Shown here: positions 52,571-56,512 of the stretch, piece after piece
How the letters are laid out: every line of letters starts with the position of its first letter
Position numbering within the stretch: the first letter of the stretch is position 1
Source of the DNA: an uncultured Chloroflexota bacterium
GTDB taxonomy: Bacteria; Chloroflexota; Limnocylindria; Limnocylindrales; CSP1-4
Direction: 5' to 3'
Length of the DNA: 56,512 nucleotides
Assembly (NCBI GenBank): GCA_903925955.1
Contig: CAIYHO010000279.1
Span: 1 to 56,512 of the forward strand
Made by a program: the position numbers and the translations under genes
Notes under the pieces: model-generated
Database searches by the model: none
What the model was told of the DNA's origin: nothing
The model's input: only the letters and a program-made list of their open reading frames with translations

Positions 52571-53481
52571 GCGGGTCAGTCAACACCCAGCTTGGCGCTG
52601 CGGCGCCCGGAGGAGGGGCGCTTCTGGCCCGGCCCAAGGGCGCAGGCAGAGGCCGCAGGTCATCGCGCAGCCAGACCATCGCGCGCTACCTGATCCTCAT
52701 CTTTATCCTTGGCTATCTGATCGTGCCGCTCTTCGCGTCGCTTGAGTTCGCGACACGGGGCGACTTCGACAAGACCACCAAGACCTTTGGCCGCAGCCTC
52801 GCGTCGTTCGCGGCCATCTTCACCTATCCAAACCTCATCGACAGCATCGTGGCGTCGCTCCAGATCGCGGCGCTGACGGTGTTCGGGATGCTGCTGCTGC
52901 TCGTCCCCACGATGGTGTGGACAATCGTCCGGGTGCCACGGATGCGGCGAGTGGTTGAGTTCCTATGCCTGCTGCCGCTGGCGATCCCCGCGATCGTGAT
53001 TGTGGTGGGCGTCGGGCCCATCTACCGCTGGATTGGCCAGAACCTCGGCGCCGTGGGCGCATCGCCGCTCACGCTCGCGTTGATCGACATCATCCTCGTG
53101 TTGCCGTACTCGTACCGCGCCCTGGACTCCAGCCTCCGCGGGATCGATACGGGAACGCTCTCTGACGCTTCGCGCAGCCTTGGGGCCGGCTGGCCGCGAA
53201 CCATCCTCCAGGTCATCGTGCCCAACATCCGTGGTGGCATCCTCTCCGCCTCCGTGCTCGCCATCGCGCTTGTACTCGGCGAGTTCACCATCTCGTCGCT
53301 GCTCTCGTTCAACACCGTCCAGGTGGTCATCTTCCTGCTGGGTCACCGAGACGCCTACGTGGCGGTTGCGGTGTCGCTGACCGCCCTGTTCTTCGCCTTT
53401 GCCCTGCTGTTCGCCATTGCTCGGTTCGCCCCAGGGGCCGCAAGCCGCGCCCAACGAGTCGTCGAGGAGCCCGCCGCATGA
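52567..53481 (+). CDS. ABC transporter permease
   Basis: Start at ATG 52567 (ATGA overlap). EAA loop SDASRSLGAGWPRTILQVIVPNI. Confidence 0.8.
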   Translation: MSGSVNTQLGAAAPGGGALLARPKGAGRGRRSSRSQTIARYLILIFILGYLIVPLFASLEFATRGDFDKTTKTFGRSLASFAAIFTYPNLIDSIVASLQIAALTVFGMLLLLVPTMVWTIVRVPRMRRVVEFLCLLPLAIPAIVIVVGVGPIYRWIGQNLGAVGASPLTLALIDIILVLPYSYRALDSSLRGIDTGTLSDASRSLGAGWPRTILQVIVPNIRGGILSASVLAIALVLGEFTISSLLSFNTVQVVIFLLGHRDAYVAVAVSLTALFFAFALLFAIARFAPGAASRAQRVVEEPAA

Positions 53482-54548
53482 CCGCCACGACCCCTGAACC
53501 CGCTGCCAGCGGCCTTGGCGTTGCCGTCGTCTTCGAGGAGATGCACCGCTGGTACGGCCCGGTCCACGCCCTTGACGGGCTGTCCATCTCCATCGCGCCA
53601 GGCGAGCTGATCGCCTTGCTCGGTCCGTCTGGCTGCGGCAAGACCACGGCCCTTCGGGCTCTGGGCGGTCTTGACGAGGTAGACCATGGTCGGATCCTCG
53701 TTGGCGGCAAGGACGTCACGGGCGTCCCCACCAACAAGCGCAACATGGGGATCGTCTTCCAGTCGTACAGCTTGTTCCCCAACATGACCGCGCGCGACAA
53801 CGTGTCGTACGGCCTCCGGCTTCGGGGCGTGGACGCGAAGGCGCGCAAGAAGAAGGCCGAGGAGACGCTGGATCTGGTTGGCCTCGCCGTGCAGGCCGAT
53901 CGCTACCCGCACCAGATGTCCGGCGGCCAGCAGCAGCGTGTGGCGCTGGCGCGCGCCCTCGCGATTGAGCCAAGCGTGCTGCTCCTTGACGAGCCGCTCT
54001 CGGCGCTCGACGCCAAGGTCCGACGCCAGCTCCGCGAGGAGATCCGCCGGATTCAGATCATGGTTGGCATCACCACCCTGTTCGTGACCCACGATCAGGA
54101 GGAGGCGCTGGCCATGGGCGACCGTGTGGGCGTCATGTCGGCTGGCCGTCTCGAGCAGATCGCCGCGCCGGTGGAGCTGTACGAGCGCCCGCAGACCCGG
54201 TTTGTCGCCGAGTTCGTGGGCCTCACCAACCGCATCCCGGCGAAGACCGACGGCACCGACGTGGACGTGCTGGGTCGCCGCATCCCGCTGCTCCCCGGGG
54301 CCAGCGATCGCGGCGTGGTCCAGGCGCTTGTCCGGCCGGAGAACGTCCGGGTGACCCCGGCGGAGAACGGCAGCAGCCGGGTTCTTGCGGTCAGCTTCCT
54401 CGGCGCGCTCTGCCGTGCCCAGGTGGCGCTGCCGGACGAGACCATCGTGGTTGCCCAGATGGCCGCGTCCGAGTCCAGCGGGCTCTACCCCGGTGTCGCG
54501 GTTGACCTGGCCGTGGCGCCCGCACCAGTGTTTGTCGTAGCCAACTAG
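53478..54548 (+). CDS. ABC transporter ATP-binding protein (PotA/FbpC-like)
   Basis: Walker [10 protein letters not shown], signature [15 protein letters not shown], Walker [12 protein letters not shown], and a C-terminal TOBE-like domain. Confidence 0.9.
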   Translation: MTATTPEPAASGLGVAVVFEEMHRWYGPVHALDGLSISIAPGELIALLGPSGCGKTTALRALGGLDEVDHGRILVGGKDVTGVPTNKRNMGIVFQSYSLFPNMTARDNVSYGLRLRGVDAKARKKKAEETLDLVGLAVQADRYPHQMSGGQQQRVALARALAIEPSVLLLDEPLSALDAKVRRQLREEIRRIQIMVGITTLFVTHDQEEALAMGDRVGVMSAGRLEQIAAPVELYERPQTRFVAEFVGLTNRIPAKTDGTDVDVLGRRIPLLPGASDRGVVQALVRPENVRVTPAENGSSRVLAVSFLGALCRAQVALPDETIVVAQMAASESSGLYPGVAVDLAVAPAPVFVVAN

Positions 54549-54608
54549 AGCGCCTCGCTCCACGCCGGGATTATCCTCGGCGCCAATCGCCGCGGAGTTT
54601 GTTTCGTC

Positions 54609-55997
54609 ATGTCCTCAGCTGACCCTGCCACGATCCGCCACATCACTGAGCCCGCCCGCGCCATCGACGTTGTCCACGAGACCGATGTCCTTGTTGTGGG
54701 TTCCGGCCCCGGCGGTCTTGGCGCGGCGCTTGGGGCGGCTCGCGCCGGTGTCCAGACCACGCTCCTGGAGCGCTTTGGCTGTTTCGGCGGCAACATCACC
54801 GCCGTTGGCGTGGAGAGCTTCGCCTGGTACCGGCACGAGAACACCGTGGATTCGGTGGGCATTGGGTCCGAAATTGAGGCGCGCGCCCGGGCCGAGGGCG
54901 CAACGTCCGATGAGAGCCAGTCCATGAGCCAGGCGTTTGACGCCGAGCGCTTCAAGGTGGTGGCCGACAAGCTGGTGGAGGAGGCCGGGATCCACCCGAT
55001 GCTCCACCGCACCTTTGTGGCGCCCATCATGGAAGGCGACACCATCCGCGGCGTGATTGTGGAGAGCAAGGCCGGCCGCGAGGCCATCCTGGCGCGCCGT
55101 GTGATTGACGCCACCGGCGACGCCGATGTGGCCGTGCGGGCCGGCGCACCGTGCCGGAAGACGGCGCGCGAGAAGATGTTGTCCGTGTCGGTGGCCTTCT
55201 CGATGACCGGCGTCAACAAGCGCCGCTTCATGGAGACCATCAAGGCGGACGCGCCCAAGTACCGCGACTGGGCCGGCAACTTTGAGTGGGATATCGAGAC
55301 GTCGGGCAAGGAGGACGAGATGTTCTCGCCGTTCCTGCGCAAGCCGTTCAAGAAGGCCGTTGAGGCGGGGCTGATCCCGGGCAACCTGATCACGATGGCC
55401 GGCACCTACGGCACGGTCCACGACAACGGCGACCTGACGTACCTCAACCTGATCCACCTAGGCGAATTTGACGGAACCTCCCCCGACGACCTCACGCGGG
55501 GCGAGATTGAGGGGCGCAAGCAGGCGATGTACGCCATCGAGGCGCTGCGCCGCTTCATGCCGGGCTGCGAGGACGCCACGCTGCGCAACTTCGGCATGAC
55601 GCTTGGTATCCGCGACACCCGCAAGATTGACGCGGCCTACAACCTCACGGCCGATGACGTGCGCGAGCAGGCGCGCTTTGAGGACTCCATCGGGATCTTC
55701 CCAGAGTTCATCGACGGCTACGGCGTGCTCATCCTGCCCACAACGGGCCGGTACTTCCACGTGCCGTACCGCTCGCTGGTGCCCAAGGGCGTGGAGGGGC
55801 TGCTGGTGGCCGGCCGGAGCATCGGCGGCGACGAGATCTCGCATGCCGCGGTGCGCTCGATGATGTGCTGCACGGTGTCCGGCCAGGGCGCAGGCGTTGC
55901 GGCGGCGGTGTCCATCCGCCAAGACGAGGCCGTGTCGCGGATTGACGTCTCCAAGGTGCGGACCGAACTCGCACGCCAGGGCGTCCGTCTGGACTAA
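54609..55997 (+). CDS. FAD-dependent oxidoreductase
   Basis: DVLVVGSGPGGLGAALGAARAG dinucleotide-binding motif and DATGDADV. Confidence 0.7.
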   Translation: MSSADPATIRHITEPARAIDVVHETDVLVVGSGPGGLGAALGAARAGVQTTLLERFGCFGGNITAVGVESFAWYRHENTVDSVGIGSEIEARARAEGATSDESQSMSQAFDAERFKVVADKLVEEAGIHPMLHRTFVAPIMEGDTIRGVIVESKAGREAILARRVIDATGDADVAVRAGAPCRKTAREKMLSVSVAFSMTGVNKRRFMETIKADAPKYRDWAGNFEWDIETSGKEDEMFSPFLRKPFKKAVEAGLIPGNLITMAGTYGTVHDNGDLTYLNLIHLGEFDGTSPDDLTRGEIEGRKQAMYAIEALRRFMPGCEDATLRNFGMTLGIRDTRKIDAAYNLTADDVREQARFEDSIGIFPEFIDGYGVLILPTTGRYFHVPYRSLVPKGVEGLLVAGRSIGGDEISHAAVRSMMCCTVSGQGAGVAAAVSIRQDEAVSRIDVSKVRTELARQGVRLD

Positions 55998-56189
55998 CCT
56001 CTCGCGGTCCGCGCCGGCCGGTCGCGCGCCGCCTCTCTGACGCCTCCATGGATGAAGACTTCATCGGTTCGCCCCCGTGGTGCCGAGAAGCATGGAGTTG
56101 GGGCTCGATCTTCATCATCTCGCCCGCGTGGAGCGTGGGAACATCAAGTCTTCATCGGGACGCGCGTCACAGAGTTATGGCCCGGCGGT

Positions 56190-56512
56190 CTAGACCAAGG
56201 TGTGCGCCAGGCGCTCCTCGTCCAGGTCAAAGCCAAGCCCCGGCCGCTCGTTCAGCACAATCATGCCGTCCGCATCGATATCCACCGGCGTCGTCATCGG
56301 GTAGTCGCGGCGCTCAAGGGTCCAGCCCGGCGGGTCAAACGGGAACTCCACGAACGGCGAGCCGGCCAGACCAGCCGCCAGGTGGAAGTTGGCCAGTGCG
56401 CCAATGCCGTTGGTCCACGCGTGCGGCGTGAACATCAGGTGGTTCTCCTGCGCCATGATGGCCACGCGGCGCAAACCCGAGATGCCGCCGCACCAGGTGA
56501 CATCGGGCTGCA
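56190..56512 (-). CDS. enolase-superfamily (mandelate racemase/muconate lactonizing enzyme) protein, C-terminal part, truncated by the window edge
   Basis: ...PHAWTNGIGALANFHLAAGL...VEFPFDPPGW...PGLGFDLDEE. The frame runs off the window end. Confidence 0.65.
   Translation of the reverse strand, partial: QPDVTWCGGISGLRRVAIMAQENHLMFTPHAWTNGIGALANFHLAAGLAGSPFVEFPFDPPGWTLERRDYPMTTPVDIDADGMIVLNERPGLGFDLDEERLAHTLV

Noticed and set aside
56051-56160. AT-richer palindrome GATGAAG-A-CTTCATC (56051-65) and a related CAAGTCTTCATCGG (56146-59) between convergent genes
   Set aside because: They are short, there are only two imperfect copies, and they lie in a convergent terminator-type gap. This is insufficient to claim a site or element.

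Overview
A 56.5-kb, very G+C-rich (about 70%) bacterial chromosomal window. The high G+C and the Lys/Ala/Pro-rich protein tails suggest an Actinomycetota- or Chloroflexota-like organism, but phylum is not determinable from the sequence alone. I recognise no rRNA, tRNA, CRISPR array, transposase or integrase. Most long antisense ORFs in the track are high-GC shadow frames. Main blocks, in order: (1) a tmk operon. (2) A compact Tat-dependent membrane-bound [NiFe] uptake hydrogenase operon, hupS-hupL-cytochrome b-hypA-protease. (3) An XRE-HTH/PD-(D/E)xK fusion gene divergent from tldD-pmbA. (4) A lower-GC 1.85-kb insert with two secreted proteins, bracketed by 76-bp direct repeats. (5) vapBC followed by four helically phased 17-bp palindromes. 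(6) A six-gene lipid cluster: CDP-alcohol phosphatidyltransferase, cdsA, plsC, a dehydrogenase, an F390-synthetase-like ligase and a BtaA/DUF3419-like protein. (7) An Mrr-like gene with a degenerate catalytic motif, next to a GGGGTGAGCC motif cluster. (8) An R3H-AAA ATPase, a GNAT, pdxT and pdxS, with a 624-bp structured intergenic region upstream of pdxS. (9) Housekeeping genes: a MOSC gene with an in-frame amber codon, HNH, cca and galE. (10) An orphan TadE/TadG-vWA-IPT pair. (11) A ligase homologue lacking its catalytic lysines. (12) A glucosylglycerate-type cluster with a Usp-Usp-GpgS fusion. (13) A second TA pair, Phd-VapC. (14) A degenerate phosphorelay protein, JAMM-SufU, an ABC importer and the partial 3' end of an enolase-superfamily gene. 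The most unusual signals are the repeat and palindrome architectures and the three catalytically degenerate enzyme homologues. The best candidate for an undescribed pathway is the lipid cluster.
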